Shown: one piece after another, positions 49,070 through 56,360 of the stretch
Numbering within the stretch: position 1 is the first letter of the stretch
Layout of the letters: every line of letters begins with the position of its first letter
Origin: Gemmataceae bacterium
GTDB taxonomy: Bacteria > Planctomycetota > Planctomycetia > Gemmatales > Gemmataceae
Reading direction: 5' to 3'
Assembly (NCBI GenBank): GCA_036557565.1
Contig: DATBHJ010000114.1
Coordinates: 1,174-65,173 of the forward strand
Length of the DNA: 64,000 nucleotides
Notes under the pieces: model-generated
Databases searched by the model: none
Told to the model about the DNA's origin: nothing
The model's input: only the letters and a program-made list of their open reading frames with translations
Program-made: the position numbers and the translations under genes

Positions 49070-49258
49070 ATGCCGCGCATCATCGAGGTCATCGTCTCGC
49101 CGCAGGGCGAGGTCACCCTGCAAACCAAAGGCTACGCCGGCAGCGACTGCTTAGAGGCCAGCAGGTTTCTGGAGCAAGCGCTCGGCATCGTCACCAACGA
49201 CCGGAAAACGACGGAGTTCTATCAAAAGGAGACAGCCCAGCAACAACTCAGGCAATAA
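49070..49258 (+). CDS. DUF2997-like small protein
   Basis: 62 aa: MPRIIEVIVSPQGEVTLQTKGYAGSDCLEASRFLEQALGIVTNDRKTTEFYQ. This follows the family pattern I recall (I.V.pdG.V...v.G..G..C...T..le.aLG). Confidence 0.7.
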   Translation: MPRIIEVIVSPQGEVTLQTKGYAGSDCLEASRFLEQALGIVTNDRKTTEFYQKETAQQQLRQ

Positions 49259-49371
49259 CCCTTGCCCCCTCCGGCGGCCTCGCGTCGCGCAGAACGCCGA
49301 TGCGAGACCGCCTTCCTTCTACGATCAGCTCCAACTATCCCAAAAACCTGGCCCAAAGAAACGGACGGCTC

Positions 49372-50853
49372 ATGAACCTGACCGAACGCCTGACCGACTA
49401 TGTCCATGCCGCCTGCACCGGCTTGTGGATTCAGACCCAGGAAGCCGATGAGGCCGAGCGAGAAATCCTCCAGCACGCCAGCCAGCAGGACTGGAAGCTG
49501 GCTATCTGGGACGTGACCAACGGCCTGCGTCTGGCCGGAGCCAGCAGCCCGATCAGCACCGACACTCGCGATCCGCTGGCGGCACTGCGGGCCCTACCTT
49601 CTCTGGCCGAACGCAACGGCACAGCGCTATTACTGCTTCACCAATTCCATCGATTTCTCAATCATCCCGAAGTGATTCAGACGATGTTCAACCAACTCGT
49701 CGCTGGCAAGCAGCAACGCACCTTCCTGGTAGTTTTATCACCGCTGGTGCAAATCCCTGTCGAGCTGGAGAAGCTCTTCATCGTCCTCGAACATGCCCTC
49801 CCAGATCGCCAGCAACTCGAAGGGATCGCCCGCGAGCTTACCAGCGACGCGCCCGAGGACTTGCCCCAAGGAGAAGCTCTCGAGCGCGTTCTCGATGCCG
49901 CGGTGGGATTGACACGCTACGAAGCCGAGGCTGCCTTCGCCCTGTCCTTGACCCGGCACAATGCCATCCGGCCCGATAGCGTGTGGGAACTGAAAGCGCA
50001 GACGCTCAAGAAGAACAACCTGCTAACGCTGCACCGCGGCAGCGAACGCTTCGATACACTGGGTGGACTGGCCAGCCTCAAGGACTTCTGCCGCCGCGCC
50101 CTGCAAACGGGCAAGACGGTCAAGCCCCGTGGCATCTTACTTTTGGGTGTCCCCGGCACGGGCAAGAGTTGCTTCGCGCGGGCCCTGGGTAACGAGGTCG
50201 GCCGTCCCACCCTGCTATTGGACATCGGCGCGCTGTATGGCTCATTGGTTGGTTCTACCGAAACCAACATCCGCCAGGCTCTTCGCATAGCCGACGCCAT
50301 GAGTCCGTCGGTGCTTTTTGTGGATGAGCTGGAAAAAGCGCTCAGCGGCGTAGGTGGTGCGGGCGACAGCGGCGTGGCCACGCGGCTGTTTGGTACGTTT
50401 TTAACCTATCTGTCCGATCGAACCAGTGACACGTTTGTGATCGGAACCTGTAACGACATCTCCAAATTACCTCCGGAATTCTCCCGCGCCGAACGCTGGG
50501 ACGGGATTTTCTTTCTCGACCTTCCCCATAGCACCGACAAGGATGCCATTTGGACGCTCTATCGCCGTCAGTTCGGCATTGCGGACGGCCAGGCGCGACC
50601 GGATGATACAGACTGGACGGGGGCCGAAATCTGCTCGTGTTGCCGTCTGGCAGCCTTGCTGGACGTCCCCCTGACGCAAGCTGCCCATCACGTCGTGCCA
50701 GTGGCCGTCACTGCCGCCGAAGCCGTGGAACGGCTACGCAACTGGGCCTCGGGTCGCTGCCTGAGTGCCTCCTATCCGGGTATCTACACGCGTCACGGCA
50801 GTATGGGATCACGCCCCAGCCGAAAGATCCGACGCGATCCCTCCAGCAACTAA
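49372..50853 (+). CDS. Ycf46-like classical-clade AAA+ ATPase with ~230-aa N-terminal domain
   Basis: Walker A GILLLGVPGTGKS, Walker B SVLFVDELEKA, GDSGVATRLFGTFLTYL, second region of homology LPPEFSRAERWDGIFFLDLP, and C-terminal VERLRNWASGR. I prefer ATG 49372 (MNLTERLTDYV); the long track ORF begins inside the DUF2997 region. Confidence 0.85.
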   Translation: MNLTERLTDYVHAACTGLWIQTQEADEAEREILQHASQQDWKLAIWDVTNGLRLAGASSPISTDTRDPLAALRALPSLAERNGTALLLLHQFHRFLNHPEVIQTMFNQLVAGKQQRTFLVVLSPLVQIPVELEKLFIVLEHALPDRQQLEGIARELTSDAPEDLPQGEALERVLDAAVGLTRYEAEAAFALSLTRHNAIRPDSVWELKAQTLKKNNLLTLHRGSERFDTLGGLASLKDFCRRALQTGKTVKPRGILLLGVPGTGKSCFARALGNEVGRPTLLLDIGALYGSLVGSTETNIRQALRIADAMSPSVLFVDELEKALSGVGGAGDSGVATRLFGTFLTYLSDRTSDTFVIGTCNDISKLPPEFSRAERWDGIFFLDLPHSTDKDAIWTLYRRQFGIADGQARPDDTDWTGAEICSCCRLAALLDVPLTQAAHHVVPVAVTAAEAVERLRNWASGRCLSASYPGIYTRHGSMGSRPSRKIRRDPSSN

Positions 50854-51006
50854 GACTCCTTCGCCGGCGCCTTTCTGTCCCCATTGCCGTCGCCAGTTCC
50901 CATCCTTCCGCACTGGCAAGTGCTTGTCCCATTGCGTGACTTGATCACGGCAAGGGGCAGGTGCGGATGAAGATCGATCATCCTTCTCTTGGTCCAGGAG
51001 TCGTTC

Positions 51007-51966
51007 ATGAGCACCCTTCGCGTATCCGACATTCCGCTGGTTCCCGAAAGCCCGGCCCAGCGCCTGCGCCGGCTGGCCGCGGCCGTGCGCGTCCATTTCA
51101 CCTGGTGGGGAGTCCACCGCACCCTCACGGCACGTCAGAAGGAAGAAGTCGGCGTCACCTACGATGCTGATGCCCGCTTCCTCACTGCTGGCAAAAAGCT
51201 GGTGGATACCCGCCATGAAGCATTTCGCCGGCTGACAGCGCTGCGCACGCTGGTCAGCAATTACTGGCGCGGCCTGACGCTTCCCTACGTTGAGGTTGGC
51301 GTCCGCCTCATCCGCCAGAACGACATCGAGCCGTTTGTGCATACCTTGACCGGCTTCCGTGAAGAATTGACACAAGCAGAAGCCGATCTCAATGCTGTCT
51401 TCGAGGAGATTAAGGCAGATGCCCAACGCCGCCTGGGGCGGCTGTACGATCCGTCCGATTATCCGCCGGAAGTCCGGGGACTGTTCGGGCTGGACTGGGA
51501 TTTCCCCTCCGTAGAGCCGCCCAACTACCTGCTGCAAATAGCTCCGGAAGTTTACGAACAGGAGCAGCAGCGTATCGGCCGCCGCTTTGAGCAAGCCATT
51601 GAGCTGGCCGAGCAAGCGTTCCTGGGTGAGTTCGCGCGTCTGGTCTCGCATCTCACAGAAAGGTTGAACAGTACCTCTGATGGCGAGCGCAAGGTCTTCC
51701 GCGATTCAGCGGTGACGAACCTCATGGACTTCTTCGAGCGATTCCGCCATCTGAATGTGCGCTCGAACGTGCAATTGGACGAGTTGGTCGAGCAAGCGCA
51801 GCGCGTCGTTCAGGGGGTGGGTGCGCAGGAACTGCGCACGAGCGCGGACTTGCGGCAGCACGTGGCCACGCAGCTGGCCGGTGTGGAGTCGGCCCTGGAC
51901 GGCCTGCTGGTTGAACGGCCGCGGCGGAGCCTGGTGCGCAACCGGCCAAACCAGGGAGGACATTGA
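51007..51966 (+). CDS. hypothetical 319-aa helical protein (faint resemblance to DUF3150-type plasmid/ICE proteins, unverified)
   Basis: ATG 51007 with an AGGAG SD 6 nt upstream. The pattern is ...VHFTWWGVHRTL...AGKKLVD...LPYVEVGVRLI...LYDPSDYPPEV.... A long antisense ORF is judged a shadow. Confidence 0.7.
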   Translation: MSTLRVSDIPLVPESPAQRLRRLAAAVRVHFTWWGVHRTLTARQKEEVGVTYDADARFLTAGKKLVDTRHEAFRRLTALRTLVSNYWRGLTLPYVEVGVRLIRQNDIEPFVHTLTGFREELTQAEADLNAVFEEIKADAQRRLGRLYDPSDYPPEVRGLFGLDWDFPSVEPPNYLLQIAPEVYEQEQQRIGRRFEQAIELAEQAFLGEFARLVSHLTERLNSTSDGERKVFRDSAVTNLMDFFERFRHLNVRSNVQLDELVEQAQRVVQGVGAQELRTSADLRQHVATQLAGVESALDGLLVERPRRSLVRNRPNQGGH

Positions 51967-52226
51967 TGGAGCTACTCATCCGTCCGGGTGGCGAGGTTCG
52001 CTGTGTTTATGGCGAAGCCATCGACCTAGAGGCTCTGGGGCAGCCGCACATCACGCGGGCTAGCATGGTCGAGCCGGACGAGCAGGGGCGATGGTGGGCT
52101 GACCTTTCTCCCGTAAATGGTCCGCTCCTGGGTCCCTTTCGGCAGAGGACGCAGGCCCTGGACGCCGAAGAGGTATGGTTGAGCCGATATTGGTTAATGG
52201 CGCCGAGCTCGACTGCTCAGCAGTAG
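51966..52226 (+). CDS. hypothetical 86-aa protein, translationally coupled to the previous ORF
   Basis: TGATG stop/start overlap at 51964-51968. MELLIRPGGEVRCVYGEAIDLEALGQPHITRASMVEPDEQGRWWADLSPVNGPLLGPF. Confidence 0.6.
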   Translation: MELLIRPGGEVRCVYGEAIDLEALGQPHITRASMVEPDEQGRWWADLSPVNGPLLGPFRQRTQALDAEEVWLSRYWLMAPSSTAQQ

Positions 52227-52384
52227 CTTCGTGAGGACCGTGGACCCGCTCTTGTCTTGAAGCGAGGTTCGCTCAAGCCCAACACAGTCAACACGCAAGG
52301 AGACCGGCCCTTACCAGCCGACGCGCCGGTTCTCGAACATCCCATCCGCTGGCGATCGCAAACGTGGTCCAAGGAGAGAAGCTC

Positions 52385-52573
52385 GTGAAAGTAACCATCG
52401 AAAACGGCGAGCTGGTCATTCGGCTGCCCTTGAACAAGACGCCGATTCCCTCCAGTAGCGGCAAAACTTTGGTTATCGCCTCAACGCACGGCAATCAGAA
52501 GACGGATGCCGTCGTCAACGGCCAGCCCGTCGTCGTCGGGGTCAACGCCTACATCGCCCGGCTCACGCGCTGA
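52385..52573 (+). CDS. hypothetical 62-aa beta-rich protein
   Basis: GTG 52385 preceded by an AAGGAGAG SD. VKVTIENGELVIRLPLNKTPIPSSSGKTLVIASTHGNQKTDAVVNGQPVVVGVNAYI. Confidence 0.55.
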   Translation: MKVTIENGELVIRLPLNKTPIPSSSGKTLVIASTHGNQKTDAVVNGQPVVVGVNAYIARLTR

Positions 52574-52694
52574 GCTGGGAAACAAGAGGTGGGCCCTTCG
52601 CTGTCAGCCTCCCATTCACAAATGATGATTGCCCGTTCTCCCTGCACCGCAGGGCGGGCCGTCTTTCTTTCCCTCTTCTTGCCAAGGAGCCTGT

Positions 52695-52997
52695 GTGACG
52701 ACACCGACCGAAAAACCGCGCAAGGCCACGGCCCGAGACCTGTTCTTTTTCGCGAATCCCGAACATTGGCCGACGTGGCCGGTCCTGCCTGTGGTTCGCC
52801 GCCATGACGATGGCGAGATGCAATGTGGACTCCTTTACGACATCATGCACCTCAGCGGACGCACCGGCTTTAGCAGCACCGTCTTTTTGTGCAATATCTT
52901 CCTGATGCCACAGAATGAGGACGAGTTCCTTGCCTTGCCCAAGGAAGTATTCGACTCGCCCGAGGAAATGGCGGCGGCTGGCTGGTGCGTCGATTGA
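52695..52997 (+). CDS. hypothetical 100-aa protein
   Basis: GTG 52695 preceded by an AAGGAG SD. ...DLFFFANPEHWPTWPVLPVVRR...STVFLCNIFLMPQNEDEFLALPKEVFDSPEEMAAAGWCVD. Confidence 0.55.
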   Translation: MTTPTEKPRKATARDLFFFANPEHWPTWPVLPVVRRHDDGEMQCGLLYDIMHLSGRTGFSSTVFLCNIFLMPQNEDEFLALPKEVFDSPEEMAAAGWCVD

Positions 52998-53638
52998 AGA
53001 CTGGCTGGTTCTGCGTGGAGATGCCCGGGTAATTGAACCGAATTCTGGAAGGAATCAGATCGTGCCGCGAGTCCCGACGCTGCCTCGACTCCTGCGAAGG
53101 TAGCTCAAGCGGGTCGGTTCCGACTTTTGCCTGAACTACCTGCAGAAGATCAGCCGTCGCGTTTCGGGCCACAAGAGCCTTCCCGCCCCGAATCATTGGA
53201 ACTGTGAAGGTGATAAGAGCCAAGAGCCCAAGCGCATGCCAATGACCTCGACGCTGTTCGAGGACAACGGCGACAGTACCTATGCCAACGGTCTTTCAGC
53301 ATCTTCGGTCGAGTTGGTCACACGAGCACTTAAAGCCGGAGCTGCCGTCGCGCCGCTCCCAAGCTGCCAGGATTTCAAGGACGTCCCGCGCCTGGAAAGG
53401 CTTTTTGATTGATCATTGCTCCGGCAGGCGGGAAGGCCGCCGGCATAAGCGGCGCCAGAAATCCCATATGGATCCGGATGTCCCAAGCCGCTCGCCGCTG
53501 CTCCAGGCGTCGTTGGGGCGGCGATCTCACTTTATCGCTTGGCGGTCGGGGATAGTTTGCTCAAGAAGGAATCCACTCTGGCCAGGACGCACCGACCTTT
53601 TCCCCTTTCCCGAGTTCTTTCCACCAGGAGTCAGAATC

Positions 53639-55087
53639 GTGATCGTACTGCCACGCTCTCTGGCCCGGCAGTTCCGGGTCTTCTTGCGTCGTTGTCTACA
53701 ACCGCCGGGTCCACGCCAACCGCCATTCATTCGCCTGCAGGCCGACTCGCATGGCCTTGAACTCTTAGCACACCAGCAGGAATGCGTGATCGTCTACCAG
53801 CAGCCCGGAAAATGGGCCCGCGAAACGCTCTTCTTTCCTGCCGACGTGCTGGCCGACATCGAAGGCAAAGACGGCTCGGCCACGCTGGAAACAACCGGAG
53901 AAGGCAAGGGCGAAGCCCGCTGGGACGATGCTGGTAGCCCGCGCGTTAGACCCTTCGATTCAGTGAAGCCCGAAAGGATGCCCGAAGTGCCGGCGATGCC
54001 CGCACACTTTCAGCCCATCGAGCCGGCCTTTCTGCAAGCGCTGGCTGAGGCAACCCGGACAACCGCTCGTGATCGTGTTCACTATGCGCTTACGCGCCTC
54101 CAGTTGCGAGGACGGCGTGGCCAGCTGATAGCCACGGATGGACGGCAATTGCTCTTACAAGTCGGCTTCTCTTTGCCCTGGCCCGAGGATCTCCTCATTC
54201 CTGCTCTGCCGTTGTTCGTAAGCCGCGACCTGCCGGTTAGCGAGCCACTCGCCATTGGTCGCACCGACAAGCACGTCAGCTTGCGCATTGGTCCCTGGAC
54301 CTTTCATTTGGAGATTGACAAAGACGGCCGCTATCCCAACGTCGAGAGCGTCATCCCCAAGATAGACACCACGGCCAGCCGGCTGCATCTGTCCGAGGAC
54401 GATGCCCGCTTTCTTGTCCATGTCTTGCCCCGACTGCCAGGTAATGAAGACGGTTCGGCACCCGTGACCCTCGATCTGGGCCAAGAGGTGCGGCTGCGGG
54501 CACGAGCCGAGGACTCGCCCCAGATCAGCGAAGTTTTACTGTCCGGCTCGTCTTGTGAAGGGCCCCCTGTCCGCATCGCCTGCAACCGACGCTTTCTGTG
54601 GCGTGCCGTGCAATTGGGCTTCCGCGCCATTCTTATCCGCAACGCCACTACTCCCTTGGTGTGCCGTGATGAGACACGGACCTATCTGTTCATGCCGTTG
54701 GACGGCGTCTTGGCGCCCGCGGCCGACGCCGTGCGCATTGTTTCGGGCGAGACTCTCTCTGTCGTCACCGAGGCCAAACCGGAACTTCAACCCCAAAGAG
54801 ACAAACCCAAACCCGAGCCCAAAAGGAGCCGAGCAACCATGCCTCGATCTCAAACGAATGGTGAGGAACCACGCAACGGTCCTGCGGGAGTTCCAACGAC
54901 GCCGCGCCCCTCTTCCGAAGCGGAAGCGCCCGACGCGCTGGTAGAAGCGGAGGCCTTGCGCTCGCTGCTGCACGAAGCCCAGATGCGGCTCGGTCACCTG
55001 CTGGCCGCGCTCAAGCAGCAACGGCGGCACAACCGTGCCCTACGAGCCGCCATGGATTCGCTGCGCGGTCTGCGGCTGGATCGCTGA
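53639..55087 (+). CDS. DNA polymerase III beta sliding-clamp (DnaN) homolog with ~125-aa low-complexity + coiled-coil C-terminal extension
   Basis: GTG 53639 after an AGGAG SD. Four collinear DnaN-like motifs appear at DnaN-like spacing: QLIATDGRQLL (~aa 165), GRYPNVESVIPK (~230), ACNRRFLWRAVQLGF (~315) and TYLFMPLDG (~350). The tail is ...EAEALRSLLHEAQMRLGHLLAALKQQRRHNRALRAAMDSL. Confidence 0.8.
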   Translation: MIVLPRSLARQFRVFLRRCLQPPGPRQPPFIRLQADSHGLELLAHQQECVIVYQQPGKWARETLFFPADVLADIEGKDGSATLETTGEGKGEARWDDAGSPRVRPFDSVKPERMPEVPAMPAHFQPIEPAFLQALAEATRTTARDRVHYALTRLQLRGRRGQLIATDGRQLLLQVGFSLPWPEDLLIPALPLFVSRDLPVSEPLAIGRTDKHVSLRIGPWTFHLEIDKDGRYPNVESVIPKIDTTASRLHLSEDDARFLVHVLPRLPGNEDGSAPVTLDLGQEVRLRARAEDSPQISEVLLSGSSCEGPPVRIACNRRFLWRAVQLGFRAILIRNATTPLVCRDETRTYLFMPLDGVLAPAADAVRIVSGETLSVVTEAKPELQPQRDKPKPEPKRSRATMPRSQTNGEEPRNGPAGVPTTPRPSSEAEAPDALVEAEALRSLLHEAQMRLGHLLAALKQQRRHNRALRAAMDSLRGLRLDR

Positions 55088-55117
55088 ACCCCTTGATCCT
55101 GGACCTGGAGAGTGCTT

Positions 55118-55735
55118 ATGAGCTGGGATTCTGCGAGCAGCTGGCCCGTCCGCGGCAAGCTAGCCCGGCATCTGGGCCGTTTACAACAGCACCTGGATTC
55201 AGTCGGAGAACAGGTACGCGAGGCCGTTGCCAACGCTGTTGGCCGTACCGTGGCCGAGGCCGTCGGCGAAGCCGTCTACGATACCCTAGCCCCTTACGCG
55301 GATCCTTCGGCCCCTGAATCTCGCTATTACCACCGCGCTACTGACCGTTCTGTGCGCACCCGGCAAGATTGGGACGATCCAGCCTGGAGGCGCCCTGGAG
55401 ATTCCTCGCCTTGGCGTGATCCCTACGCTGATGACAACTACGACGAACCGCGTTACGACGACGGAGCCGAGGCGGAAGATCGATCCTCCCTCCGCGACGC
55501 GCCGCAGGCGCGGCGTTGGCGGCGGGCAATGGCGGCAGGCCTGCAAGCGGCAGCCTGGTGGCTGCAGCGGCATCCCGGTCAGTTGTCGCTCCTGGTGGCC
55601 TTGGCTGTTGGTTCGGTGGCCGGATTGGCGGTGCTGGCCGGTCCTGTTAGCGGCGTCGCAACTTTGGTGATGTCTGCTCTGGGCTTGGCCTACCTGCTCG
55701 ACCTGGTGCGCTTGTCTAGCGCCCTGCTGGGCTGA
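55118..55735 (+). CDS. tail-anchored membrane protein with xAVx repeat and acidic Trp/Tyr/Asp-rich linker
   Basis: ATG 55118 with a GGAG SD. EAVA-NAVG-RTVA-EAVG-EAVY repeat; DWDDPAWRRPGDSSPWRDPYADDNYDEPRYDD linker; C-terminal hydrophobic region LSLLVALAVGSVAGLAVLAGPVSGVATLVMSALGLAYLL. Confidence 0.7.
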   Translation: MSWDSASSWPVRGKLARHLGRLQQHLDSVGEQVREAVANAVGRTVAEAVGEAVYDTLAPYADPSAPESRYYHRATDRSVRTRQDWDDPAWRRPGDSSPWRDPYADDNYDEPRYDDGAEAEDRSSLRDAPQARRWRRAMAAGLQAAAWWLQRHPGQLSLLVALAVGSVAGLAVLAGPVSGVATLVMSALGLAYLLDLVRLSSALLG

Positions 55736-55780
55736 GACGGCACAACCGGAGCTACACGAAATGGAAGTGTGCCATCCTCA

Positions 55781-55808
55781 CCCGCAGCCGGCAGGCACCG
55801 GCTGCGGG
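55781..55808 (+). terminator. perfect 11-bp stem-loop between the two tail-anchored genes (possible attenuator or intrinsic terminator)
   Basis: CCCGCAGCCGG-caggca-CCGGCTGCGGG followed by TCTTGTTCTG and, 17 nt later, TTTTTTCTT. Read directly from the sequence. Confidence 0.45.
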
Positions 55809-55847
55809 TCTTGTTCTGAGTCAACTTTTTTCTTGGAGATTTCAGCC

Positions 55848-56360
55848 GTGACAGCGACAACGACAATGGGAACGCATACGAACGGCCAGACGCGGAAGAC
55901 GCTGGCCAGCCAGATCGACCGTTTGGACGGCATTCTCGACGGACTGGATGCTGCCCTGGCCGGGGCGGTGCAAGAGGCCGTCGAACAGGCTGTCAAGCAG
56001 GCCGTGCAGGCCGTCTTGGCCGAGGTGCTGACCAACCGCCAGCTACAAGAACAACTGCAACGAACTGCTCGGACAGCTGAGCCGGCTGGGGAATCTGAAT
56101 GTAAACGGAGCCTGCCTTACCGACTATGGCAAGCCACGACCGAGGGCGTGCGGCGCACCGTCCAAATGCTGAAGAAACGTGGCCGCGGTCTCGGCGTGGC
56201 CCTGGTAGCTGCCGGCGCGATGATGACCGGCATCGTCTATGCCGTCCGCAAGAAGTGCATCTTGATCGCCTCGAGCGTGTACCGACACGGCAAGTGCTTG
56301 GCTCTCAGGGCCATCTCGACCTTGACGAGCTTCCTGCCGTCCTTCGCATTTGGCAGCTAA
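55848..56360 (+). CDS. tail-anchored membrane protein with xAVx repeat (paralog-like to 55118..55735)
   Basis: GTG 55848 (GGAG SD) or ATG 55866. GAVQ-EAVE-QAVK-QAVQ-AVLA repeat. C-terminal TM LGVALVAAGAMMTGIVYAV. Confidence 0.65.
   Translation: MTATTTMGTHTNGQTRKTLASQIDRLDGILDGLDAALAGAVQEAVEQAVKQAVQAVLAEVLTNRQLQEQLQRTARTAEPAGESECKRSLPYRLWQATTEGVRRTVQMLKKRGRGLGVALVAAGAMMTGIVYAVRKKCILIASSVYRHGKCLALRAISTLTSFLPSFAFGS

Noticed and set aside
49372-50853. Interpreting the AAA+ protein as a clamp-loader subunit, FtsH or ClpX
   Set aside because: The motifs (GPPGTGKS-like Walker A, DEhEK Walker B, SRH ...RAERWDGIFFLDLP) fit the classical AAA clade and Ycf46-type architecture. There is no protease domain, zinc finger or clamp-loader SRC/sensor pattern.
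50809-51651. 280-aa minus-strand ORF inside the cassette
   Set aside because: It is antisense to the 319-aa ORF, which has an AGGAG SD and is translationally coupled to the next gene. Every other cassette gene is on the plus strand. I cannot fully exclude it without expression data.
53290-53480. Minus-strand receiver-domain-like stretch (IKKPFQARDVLEILAAWERR)
   Set aside because: Only about 20 residues look similar. Upstream frames are broken and lack the DD/D/K receiver motifs. At best it is a dead fragment, so I did not annotate it as a feature.
53282-53638. Upstream in-frame extension of the clamp ORF (the track gives 601 aa)
   Set aside because: The extension is Arg/Ser/Pro-rich without structure-like pattern. 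A GTG with an AGGAG SD at 53639 gives a protein whose motif positions match DnaN numbering.
53639-55087. Interpreting the clamp homolog as the housekeeping dnaN
   Set aside because: There are no dnaA/recF/gyrB neighbours, the sequence is strongly diverged outside four motifs, and it has a 125-aa coiled-coil extension. It also sits in an accessory cassette.
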